Positions 7,300-15,116 of a stretch of DNA of 15,125 bases are shown here, one piece after another. How positions within the stretch are numbered: position 1 is the stretch's first letter; every line of letters starts with the position of its first letter. The notes under the pieces are model-generated. The model was not told where the DNA came from. It saw only the letters and a list, made by a program, of their open reading frames with translations, and did not search any database. Origin of the DNA: an uncultured bacterium. Lineage in GTDB: Bacteria > Fidelibacterota > Marinisomatia > Marinisomatales > UBA1611. The stretch is taken from positions 1 through 15,125 of the forward strand of contig CBFIBM010000010.1 in the NCBI GenBank assembly GCA_965660855.1, in the 5' to 3' direction. The translations under genes were made by a program, and so were the position numbers.

Positions 7300-7880
7300 A
7301 AAAAAGAATGGAAATATTAGAAGAAGAATACTCTGAATTATATAGAGGACTTCAAGTTGCAAAACATGACTATCATTCTTTTGTTTTATCAACTCTAAGA
7401 GACAGTACCCCTCAATCAAGAACAGTGATTTTAAGATCATTTGATAAAAATTCTGGTACAATCACTTTTCATTCTGATATCAGAAGTAAAAAAATATATG
7501 ATATAAAGTCAAATAAAAATATATCAGCACTCTTTTACAGTAAACCCAGGAAAACCCAAATCAGAGTGAATGGATTTGCTGAGATTGAATATGAAAATGA
7601 GACTACAAAAAATACTTGGGATAGGATGAAACCTGAAAGCAAAATCTGCTACATGGGTCCTTATCCTCCATCAAAAAAAATGAAAATATTTGATCCTAAC
7701 CTTCCAGATATATCTCCACATAATATTGATGTTTTTCATAATAATTTGGGTTTTAAAAATTTTTGCAGGATTAAAATCTCCTTTAATAACCTTGAGATAC
7801 TAAAATTAAATTATAAAGGTCATATAAGAGTGAAGTACATTTATGAAGAAACGTTAAAATCAGTATGGATTGCACCGTAA
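7296..7880 (+). CDS. Pyridoxamine 5'-phosphate oxidase-family (FMN-binding split-barrel) protein
   Basis: LST...PQSRTVILR...FHSDIRSKK...LFY...QIRVNG motifs and a W-I-A-P C-terminus. The start is moved from the track's 7260 to the ATG at 7296, which forms an ATGA overlap with the mutM stop (194 aa). Confidence 0.85.
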   Translation: MKKRMEILEEEYSELYRGLQVAKHDYHSFVLSTLRDSTPQSRTVILRSFDKNSGTITFHSDIRSKKIYDIKSNKNISALFYSKPRKTQIRVNGFAEIEYENETTKNTWDRMKPESKICYMGPYPPSKKMKIFDPNLPDISPHNIDVFHNNLGFKNFCRIKISFNNLEILKLNYKGHIRVKYIYEETLKSVWIAP

Positions 7881-7888
7881 AATAAACT

Positions 7889-9007
7889 ATGAAAAAATCT
7901 ATAATAATATTTCTATCTTTTATCAATCTATCATGTATGAGATTGTACACGGGTTCTTATTCACAAACAGATTTCACTTTAACTCAACCAGATGTACTAG
8001 GTCCAATCGTTCAAAAATGGGAAGATGGATTAAGAACTAGTGGTGAAAATGGTGAACTAGAGTGGTGGTATTTTGATGTAAAGTTTGAAGATGGTTCTTT
8101 GTTTGTTTGTTATTTTTGGAAGATACATCCTTTAAAAGATATATACTTTATTGGCATGAACTATAATACACCTGGTGGTGAAGAACTTTTCCAAATGAAG
8201 TTTTTCGATGAAAAGAATGTCTCATTTCAAAAGGATAGTTGCGATGTAAGAATGGGAGATAATTATTTTAAGGGGAATCTAGATAAATATACGATTTTTC
8301 TTTCGGAAGAGGATTTTAATGGATTCGGTATAGAAATAGAATTAGAGTCTCAGCTTAAACCATATAGACCCCAAGATGGAATAATTCAAGCTGGAACTGA
8401 TTACTTCGCTTGGCTTGCATCAGTTCCTAGTGGATTTGTACAAGCAAAAATTATAAAAAATGGTACGAAAACCTTACTAACAGGCAATGGATATCATGAT
8501 CATAATTGGGGAAATACACCTCTTCAAAAGCTATTTGATAGTTGGACCTGGTTTAGAGGAACGACAGGAGAGCACACTGTCATAGCCGCTGAATTAAACA
8601 CCTCTAAAAAAAGAGGAGGTTATAAAATTCCTATTTTATATATGGCTAACAAAGATGATGTTTTAGTAAATAGATTTGGTACCAATGGATTATTTACTAA
8701 ATATTCTCAAAGAATTGAAAACGTGTATAATAAAAAAAATGAACCTCTTTTTTCAACTTTAGAAATGATTACAGTTAATGGTGAAACTTTGGTTATTAAG
8801 GGAAATGAAATTATTGATAATGCAGACATGTTTAAAAGAGCTCCGATACCTACGTCCTTAAAGTGGATTTTACCTATTATAAAACTAGGATCAAAGTTTT
8901 CAACAATTGACCCTTATTATACTCGCTTCTCTAGTGATTTAAAAATTTCTTTGGATGATACTTTATATATTGGAACAGGAGTCCTTGAGATAATGGATTT
9001 AAAATAA
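7889..9007 (+). CDS. CrtC/AttH-like (hydroxyneurosporene synthase / lipocalin-like double-barrel) protein, probable lipoprotein
   Basis: WEDGLRT...EWWYFD and GYHDHNWG...W-x-W motifs typical of the CrtC/AttH/tocopherol-cyclase-like fold group. The N-terminus MKKSIIIFLSFINLSC resembles an SPII signal with Cys16 (non-canonical lipobox). Confidence 0.75.
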   Translation: MKKSIIIFLSFINLSCMRLYTGSYSQTDFTLTQPDVLGPIVQKWEDGLRTSGENGELEWWYFDVKFEDGSLFVCYFWKIHPLKDIYFIGMNYNTPGGEELFQMKFFDEKNVSFQKDSCDVRMGDNYFKGNLDKYTIFLSEEDFNGFGIEIELESQLKPYRPQDGIIQAGTDYFAWLASVPSGFVQAKIIKNGTKTLLTGNGYHDHNWGNTPLQKLFDSWTWFRGTTGEHTVIAAELNTSKKRGGYKIPILYMANKDDVLVNRFGTNGLFTKYSQRIENVYNKKNEPLFSTLEMITVNGETLVIKGNEIIDNADMFKRAPIPTSLKWILPIIKLGSKFSTIDPYYTRFSSDLKISLDDTLYIGTGVLEIMDLK

Positions 9008-9876
9008 TGGGTAAAATATTAAGTTTCAAAAAAATAAATAAACGATTTGGTGATATATTAGCATTAAATGATGTCTCTTTCGATGTATCTCCAAATTCTA
9101 TCCATGGTATTTTAGGTCCTAACGGAAGCGGTAAATCTACATTTATGCGTATTCTTTCCGGTTTAATAAAAACTTATAATGGTTCTATTCTTCTTGATGG
9201 GGTAGAAATATCAAAAGCATCGAATAAATATTTAAAATCTTTTGGATTCATGATTGAAGAACCTTCTTTTTATGAATTTTTATCAGCAGAAGAAAACTTG
9301 AAAATTTTTTGTAGAATGCTTGACTATAATTTTAAGGCAATAGAAGAAACTTTACATAGAGTAGACTTAATTGATTGGTCAAAAATAAAAGTTGAAAACT
9401 TTTCATATGGTATGAAACAACGCCTAGGTATTGCTCAAGCAATACTGCATGATCCTGATATCCTTATCTTAGACGAACCAAATAATGGTTTGGATCCAAA
9501 AGGGATATCTGAAATGAACAAACTTATTGAAAGCCTACAACGTGAAGGAAAAACAATCTGTATTAGTACCCATATTTTAAAAGATGTGGAACAACTATGT
9601 GATTCTGTAACTGTTTTAAAAAAAGGAAAATTAATTCTTAATGCGTCAATGGAAGAACTTGTAGAAAAAAACAACCTAATTAATATAAAATCAAAAAAAA
9701 TTAAATTAGTTGAAGAATGTTTAACTAGTAAAGGCTATAGTATTGTACGAAAGTCAGATAAAACAATTGTTGTAAAAACTGATAATAAAATTCAAGAGGT
9801 TTGTTCAATTATACCAACTCATATTCCAATATACTCAATAACCAAAGATTCTGGACTAACAGATATTTTTTTATGA
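9007..9876 (+). CDS. ABC transporter ATP-binding subunit, BcrA/LanF-like
   Basis: Walker A GPNGSGKST, E in place of the Q-loop Q (MIEEPSFY), signature FSYGMKQRLGIA, Walker B ILILDEP, H-loop STH. TAATG overlap with the upstream gene. Confidence 0.95.
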   Translation: MGKILSFKKINKRFGDILALNDVSFDVSPNSIHGILGPNGSGKSTFMRILSGLIKTYNGSILLDGVEISKASNKYLKSFGFMIEEPSFYEFLSAEENLKIFCRMLDYNFKAIEETLHRVDLIDWSKIKVENFSYGMKQRLGIAQAILHDPDILILDEPNNGLDPKGISEMNKLIESLQREGKTICISTHILKDVEQLCDSVTVLKKGKLILNASMEELVEKNNLINIKSKKIKLVEECLTSKGYSIVRKSDKTIVVKTDNKIQEVCSIIPTHIPIYSITKDSGLTDIFL

Positions 9877-10712
9877 TTTTCAACTTACTTTTAAATGAGG
9901 TAACTAAAATGATACGTAAAAAGCGATCTTACATCAGCTTCATTCTTATTATAGTCCTCATCCCATTTATAGTTGGAGCAATTGATCACGGTGGAAATTC
10001 TTTGGAAAAAAGCCTTTATGGACAATTATCTGATTCCTTTTTATTTGTAGGTTCTTTAATAAATGGTTATCTGGCTACTTACATAATAATCGGACTTTTG
10101 ATTAGTCATATGCCTTTTTTATCTACTATTGTCGCTTCAGAAATTGTTTCTGGAGAATTTTCAAAATCAACATTTAGAATGTACTTATCCAAACCTATAT
10201 CAAGGAAAAAAGTTTTATTAAGTAAATTAATTATTGTTCTGTTTTACACTTCATTGTTAATGTTCTTTTTTATTTTTTATGCTTTATTTGTAAGTCTTTT
10301 ATGGCTAGGAAAAGGTGACCTTGCTGTTTTCCATAAAGGATTATTATTTTTATCAGATGGAGATGTTTTGTGGAGATTTATTTTAGCTTTTTGTGTTTCT
10401 AATATTGTAATGATTACAATATCTCTTTTATGTTTTTTAATTTCGACAATTTCGAATAATAGTGTTACTCCAATTATAATCACAATAAGTATAGTTTTTG
10501 TTGGAACTGCTATTTCACTTATACCAATAGATTTTTTCCAATTAATTAATCCTTTTTTGTTTACAGGTTACGTGAATATTTTTTTAACAGCATTCTATGA
10601 TCCAGTACCTTGGAATAAAATTATAAAAATGATATATATCTGTGGATTATGGTCTTTTGTTTTTGTTATTCTTTCTTTTTATAAATTTGAAACCAGAGAT
10701 ATCACAGAATGA
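9873..10712 (+). CDS. ABC transporter permease (ABC-2/BcrB-like, about 6 TM)
   Basis: N-terminal E-x-x-K, central SGEFSKSTFRMYLSKPISRKKVLLSK motif, C-terminal F-x-x-RD. The start is moved from the track's 9801 to the ATG at 9873 (ATGA overlap with the ATPase stop; 279 aa). Confidence 0.9.
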   Translation: MIFNLLLNEVTKMIRKKRSYISFILIIVLIPFIVGAIDHGGNSLEKSLYGQLSDSFLFVGSLINGYLATYIIIGLLISHMPFLSTIVASEIVSGEFSKSTFRMYLSKPISRKKVLLSKLIIVLFYTSLLMFFFIFYALFVSLLWLGKGDLAVFHKGLLFLSDGDVLWRFILAFCVSNIVMITISLLCFLISTISNNSVTPIIITISIVFVGTAISLIPIDFFQLINPFLFTGYVNIFLTAFYDPVPWNKIIKMIYICGLWSFVFVILSFYKFETRDITE

Positions 10713-11449
10713 ATAAAAAAATATTATTATTTATATTAATTACATTTATTTATCCAAAAGAACTATCTGAAATTGATCGTTTTATTGAAAAAACTAATAA
10801 TCAATACTTACTAGTTAATGATTTTGAAACAACAATGAATGTGAGTTTGAATGTCCCTGGGTTTCGAATGCCTAAAAAGAAATATAAAGTCTATTACAAA
10901 TATCCTAAAAAAATAAAAATCAATACAAAAGGATTTGGAGTTTTACCAAAAACAGGTTTGTTTACATCCCCTGCAGATAATTTTGATAATTTAAAAAGTT
11001 TAAAATTGGTTTTATATAATGAAATCCCTAATTGTATTTTAATTTCTGGAACAGTCATTTCTGACAGTTTAAAAGCACAATTCCCAAACGAGTATGCTAA
11101 ACTAACTTTTAATCCTATTGTAGATGTAGTCGTCGATACTAGTAAATGGATAGTTAGATCTGTGACAACTAGAATTGATACTGTAAAATTATTTGAAATA
11201 ATTAATAATTTTAAATTTTTTGAGAATAAGTATTATATGCCTATAAGTTCAAAAATAGAGTATTACATAAAAGACGCAAAACTTGCAAATTGGCTCAACA
11301 ATGATTTGGGTGGAATAATGAAAATGAGTGAAAACATTAACTCTTCTAGTGACGTCGTTCAAGGTACGATAAAAATTAATTATGATAATTATAAATTAAA
11401 TAGAGGAATTCCTGATAAAATATTTATGGAACGCCCTAAAAATAAATAG
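10709..11449 (+). CDS. Exported protein, probable LolA-like (lipoprotein/lipid carrier) fold
   Basis: Signal-peptide-like N-terminus MNKKILLFILITFIYP. The KVYYKYPKKIKI, VVVDTSKWIVRSV and terminal YDNYKLNRGIPDKIF segments match the LolA/LppX-like pattern (x-x-P-x-K-x-x; N-x-x-I-x-D-x-x-F). ATGA overlap with the permease. Confidence 0.65.
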   Translation: MNKKILLFILITFIYPKELSEIDRFIEKTNNQYLLVNDFETTMNVSLNVPGFRMPKKKYKVYYKYPKKIKINTKGFGVLPKTGLFTSPADNFDNLKSLKLVLYNEIPNCILISGTVISDSLKAQFPNEYAKLTFNPIVDVVVDTSKWIVRSVTTRIDTVKLFEIINNFKFFENKYYMPISSKIEYYIKDAKLANWLNNDLGGIMKMSENINSSSDVVQGTIKINYDNYKLNRGIPDKIFMERPKNK

Positions 11450-11460
11450 CTATTTATTTT
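11439..11460. repeat. Perfect 22-bp palindrome centred on two abutting convergent stop codons
   Basis: AAAATAAATAG|CTATTTATTTT; TAG (11447-11449, +) directly abuts CTA (11450-11452, the - strand stop). Confidence 0.85.
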
Positions 11461-12364
11461 GGAGGTAAACCATAATTGCATTTTGAGCATGCATACGATT
11501 TTCAGCCTCATCAAACACAATAGAAGCTTTTGATTCCATAACTTCGTTTGTTACTTCTCTTCCTCGTTCTGCTGGTAAGCAATGCATAAATAAAGTTTCT
11601 TTTCCTGTTTTGTTCATGAGTGCTGAATTAACCTGAAAATCAGAAAAAACTTTAACTCTTTCTAAAGCTTCTTCTTTTTGTCCCATTGAAGCCCAAACAT
11701 CAGTATAAATGACATCAGCACCTTTAACCGCAGAAGAAGGCTGATGTGATAGTTCATAGGTCGAGATATCAGATTCTAGAATCATTTTGACAGTTTTTTC
11801 ATCAGGTTCAAAGCCAGAAGGTGAACAACATACAAAATGCATTGGGATTTTTGTAGCGATCTGTAACCACGAATGAACAATATTATTACCATCACCTAAA
11901 TATGTTATTTTAAGATTATCTAAGTTTGATCTATGCTCCCATATTGTCATAATATCAGCCATTATTTGGCATGGGTGATTGTAATCCGTTAGTCCATTAA
12001 TTACAGGGATATCTGAGAATTCAGCTAATTCTAAAATATGATCATGATCAAATAGTCTTGCCATGATAACATCATTATAACGTGAGAATAATCTTGATAT
12101 ATCCTTTATTGCTTCTCTCTTTCCTATACCGATGTCATTTGGCCCTAGAAAAAGAGCATGTCCCCCCATCCATTCAAAACCTGTTTCAAAAGATACCCGA
12201 GTTCTAGCTGAAGGTTTTGCAAAAATCATTGCTAAAGATTGGTTTTTAAATGGTTTAAAATCCTCTTTATTCCGAAATTTAGTTTTTAAATCTTTAGCTA
12301 AATGCAATATTTCCCATATTTGGTCATTAGAAAAATCTGATAAATGTAAAAAATGCTTTGGCAT
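11450..12364 (-). CDS. argF: Ornithine carbamoyltransferase
   Basis: FAKPSARTRVSFE (carbamoyl-phosphate site), HPCQ, GDGNN, DVWASMG, FMHCLP and AENRMHAQ. Confidence 0.95.
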   Translation of the reverse strand: MPKHFLHLSDFSNDQIWEILHLAKDLKTKFRNKEDFKPFKNQSLAMIFAKPSARTRVSFETGFEWMGGHALFLGPNDIGIGKREAIKDISRLFSRYNDVIMARLFDHDHILELAEFSDIPVINGLTDYNHPCQIMADIMTIWEHRSNLDNLKITYLGDGNNIVHSWLQIATKIPMHFVCCSPSGFEPDEKTVKMILESDISTYELSHQPSSAVKGADVIYTDVWASMGQKEEALERVKVFSDFQVNSALMNKTGKETLFMHCLPAERGREVTNEVMESKASIVFDEAENRMHAQNAIMVYLQNK

Positions 12365-12367
12365 ATT

Positions 12368-12373
12368 TCTCCT
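12368..12373 (-). promoter_or_regulatory. Shine-Dalgarno-like site for argF, overlapping the hslU stop
   Basis: The minus strand reads TAGGAGAAATATG: AGGAGA just before the argF ATG, with short spacing. Confidence 0.5.
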
Positions 12374-13712
12374 AAAGTATGTATCTACTTAGGTCAGGGT
12401 CTTCAACAATACCATCTAAAGATTCTTTCACGACCTTTGCAGTGATTTTAATTTTTTTATTTCCTCGCTTCGGATGTTCAAAGAGCGGCTTTTCTAGTAA
12501 GGTAGTCATAATTGTATGTAATCTTCTTGCACCTATATTCTCCATTTTACTGTTCACTTCAGATGCGAGTTCTGCGATAGCTTTTATCGCGGTTTTATTA
12601 AATTCTAACTCAACTCCTTCTACATGTAATAAAGCAGTATATTGTTTTATAAGTGCAGATTTAGGGTGGGTAAGAATTTTAATAAAGTCTTCAGTATTTA
12701 GTCGATCTAATTCTACCCTGATTGGAAAGCGACCTTGTAATTCTGGTATCATATCAGATGGAGTACTAACATGAAAAGCACCTGCAGAAATAAATAAAAT
12801 ATGGTCCGTAGCAACAACCCCGTATTTAGTGTTAACGTTGCTTCCTTCAATAATTGGCAATAAATCTCTTTGAACTCCTTCCCTACTTACATCAGGACCA
12901 CTACCTCCATTATTTCCAACAACTTTATCAATTTCATCTAAAAAAACTATACCACTGTCTTCTACTCTTTCCTTCGCAATTCTTATAACTTCTTCTTGAT
13001 CAATAAGTTTTGCTGCTTCATTATCCGTTAAAATTTCTCTAGCTTCGCCAACCTTTACTTTTTTAAAACGTTTAGACTTAGGTATAGAGCCAGAAATCAT
13101 ATCTTTAATATTCATACCAATATCTTCCATACCCATAGGACCAAAAACTTGCATCCCAATAGTTGAATCATCGGATACTTCAATTTCAATTAATTTATTT
13201 TCAAAATCACCATTTGTTAATTTTTTACGAATTTTTTCTCTTGTTCTTGTGTGTCTTTCTTTTAATTCTTTTGAGAGCTTTGGGTTTTCTTTTTGCTCAT
13301 CTGGGAAGAGGATATCTATGATTTTTTCATTTGCTAAATGCTGAGCTAATTCAATTACTTCTTCTTCTTTTTCACTTTCAACCATAGAAATTGATGTTTC
13401 CATCAAATCTCTTATCATTGATTCAACATCTCTTCCAACATAGCCAACTTCTGTAAATTTACTTGCCTCAATTTTTATGAATGGCGCATTTGCTAATGAT
13501 GCTAACCTTCTCGCAATCTCAGTCTTCCCCACTCCTGTAGAACCAATCATTATAATATTATTTGGCATGATCTCATTTCTTAAATTTCCTTTGACCATTT
13601 GCCTTCGCCAACGATTTCTTAGAGCTATTGCTACTGCTTTTTTTGCATTCATTTGTCCAACAATGTACCTATCTAATTCTTTAACTATTTGTTTTGGAGT
13701 TAGTTGGTTCAT
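12372..13712 (-). CDS. hslU: ATP-dependent protease ATPase subunit HslU (ClpY)
   Basis: LTPKQIV, AVAIALRNRWRR, Walker A GSTGVGKT, pore loop KFTEVGYVGRDVES, Walker B IVFLDEIDK, GVQRDLLP, ELQGRFPIRV, IGARRL, and C-terminal DLSRYIL. Confidence 0.98.
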   Translation of the reverse strand: MNQLTPKQIVKELDRYIVGQMNAKKAVAIALRNRWRRQMVKGNLRNEIMPNNIIMIGSTGVGKTEIARRLASLANAPFIKIEASKFTEVGYVGRDVESMIRDLMETSISMVESEKEEEVIELAQHLANEKIIDILFPDEQKENPKLSKELKERHTRTREKIRKKLTNGDFENKLIEIEVSDDSTIGMQVFGPMGMEDIGMNIKDMISGSIPKSKRFKKVKVGEAREILTDNEAAKLIDQEEVIRIAKERVEDSGIVFLDEIDKVVGNNGGSGPDVSREGVQRDLLPIIEGSNVNTKYGVVATDHILFISAGAFHVSTPSDMIPELQGRFPIRVELDRLNTEDFIKILTHPKSALIKQYTALLHVEGVELEFNKTAIKAIAELASEVNSKMENIGARRLHTIMTTLLEKPLFEHPKRGNKKIKITAKVVKESLDGIVEDPDLSRYIL

Positions 13713-14251
13713 TTTATCTCCAAAACAGTAATTGAATCATTGGTGTATATACATAAATCTGCAGCTATTTTTAAAGATTTTTCAGCAATCTCTTTCGCAG
13801 AAAATTTTGTTGATTTAATGTAAGCTATAGCTGCCGCTTGAGCATACCCTCCTCCAGACCCTATTGCTAAAATAGATCCATCTGGCTCAATAACATTCCC
13901 ATCACCTGAAATTATGAAGCTATGTTTTAAATCCATAACAATTAACATTGCATCTAAATGTCTCAGTACTTTATCCGTTCTCCAATCCTTTGCTAATTCA
14001 ATAACAGAACGCTTTAAATCTCCATCATATTGCTCTAATTTGTTTTCAAATTTTTCAAAAAGGGTGAGAGCATCTGCTGCCGCACCAGCAAAACCTCCTA
14101 ATACTGTATTTTTTTCGGTTACAAAGTCTCTTACTTTAATGGCTTTTTGCTTAAAAGCCATATCACCAAATGTAACTTGTCCGTCTCCTGCCATAGCAAC
14201 TTTCTTACCATGTCGCACACCTATAATTGTGGTTGATCTTATATTTTTCAT
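13709..14251 (-). CDS. hslV: ATP-dependent protease peptidase subunit HslV (ClpQ)
   Basis: TTI...AGDGQVT, GFAGAAADA, ELAKDWRTD, GDGNVIEP, AIGSGG and CIYTN; ATGA overlap with hslU. Confidence 0.98.
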   Translation of the reverse strand: MKNIRSTTIIGVRHGKKVAMAGDGQVTFGDMAFKQKAIKVRDFVTEKNTVLGGFAGAAADALTLFEKFENKLEQYDGDLKRSVIELAKDWRTDKVLRHLDAMLIVMDLKHSFIISGDGNVIEPDGSILAIGSGGGYAQAAAIAYIKSTKFSAKEIAEKSLKIAADLCIYTNDSITVLEIK

Positions 14252-14267
14252 AATTATATAGGTATAG

Positions 14268-15116
14268 TTACTGAGCTAAATTTTTAAATAGCTTTGAATC
14301 TGCAGGTAGAACAAGCGTTGTCTTCTTATCAATTATTTGTTCATAAGTCTCTAACGTTTTTTGAAATTCATAAAATGCAGGATCTTTAGAAAAAGATGTT
14401 GCATATATATCTAGTGCTTTTGCTTCTCCTTCTCCACGAATTTTTTGTGATGTTTTATAAGCCTCAGCAAGTATGACTGTTTTATCTCTATCCGTTGCAG
14501 CCCTAATTTTCTGAGCCTCTTCCTCACCTTCTGATCTAAATTTATTTGCTTGCCTTTTTCTTTCAGCTTCCATTCTTGCATAAATTGAAGATTCATTTTC
14601 CTTAGGCAGATCAACTCTTCTAATTCGAACATCTATGATCTCAATCCCAAATTTACTAGTCTCTTCGTTGCTTGCAATTGTTACTTTATTCATAATTAGT
14701 TCACGATTTTCAGTAATGATTTCAACCATATCATGTGTCCCTAATTCTTGTCTTAATTCAGAGTAAACAATATCGTCCAACCTTGTTTTTGCTGTTGGTA
14801 TTGCTTTCACAGTTTTAAGAAATAAAAGCGGGTCTGTTATTTTCCACCTTACATAATTATCTATAATTAATGATTTTTTATCCCGACTAAGTATTTCTTC
14901 AGGAGGAACATCATACTCTAGTAATCTTTTTTCAAATGTATCTGAAGTCTGAAATGGAGCAGGAAATTTATAATTCAGACCTGGATCTGTGATTGTTCTA
15001 ATTGGTTTTCCAAATTGTAGAATAACAACTTGCTCTGTTTCATCCACAATTATAATTATAGAAAAAGCAATGAGAATTAAAATTCCAAAAATTCCAGCTG
15101 TAATATTTTTGATCAT
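14268..15116 (-). CDS. hflC: FtsH protease modulator HflC (SPFH/band-7 domain)
   Basis: N-terminal TM, QFGKP...PGL, DKKSLIIDNYVRWKITDP, FGIEIIDVRIRRVDLP, RMEAER...RSEGEE...IRA, RGEGEA-x-A and DPAFYEF. Confidence 0.95.
   Translation of the reverse strand: MIKNITAGIFGILILIAFSIIIIVDETEQVVILQFGKPIRTITDPGLNYKFPAPFQTSDTFEKRLLEYDVPPEEILSRDKKSLIIDNYVRWKITDPLLFLKTVKAIPTAKTRLDDIVYSELRQELGTHDMVEIITENRELIMNKVTIASNEETSKFGIEIIDVRIRRVDLPKENESSIYARMEAERKRQANKFRSEGEEEAQKIRAATDRDKTVILAEAYKTSQKIRGEGEAKALDIYATSFSKDPAFYEFQKTLETYEQIIDKKTTLVLPADSKLFKNLAQ

Noticed and set aside
5230..7461. Minus-strand ORFs 5230-5508, 6423-6776 and 7162-7461
   Set aside because: Antisense shadows of the MFS, mutM and PPOX genes.
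9801..9872. Track start (non-ATG) for the permease
   Set aside because: Would overlap the ATPase by 76 nt; the ATG at 9873 gives ATGA coupling and a family-typical N-terminus.
9435..10483. Minus-strand ORFs 9435-9674 and 10277-10483
   Set aside because: Antisense shadows of the ABC genes.
12132..14632. ORFs 12132-12392, 12379-12774, 13477-13731, 13914-14261 (+) and 14411-14632 (-)
   Set aside because: Antisense or alternate-frame shadows of the well-conserved argF, hslU, hslV and hflC.
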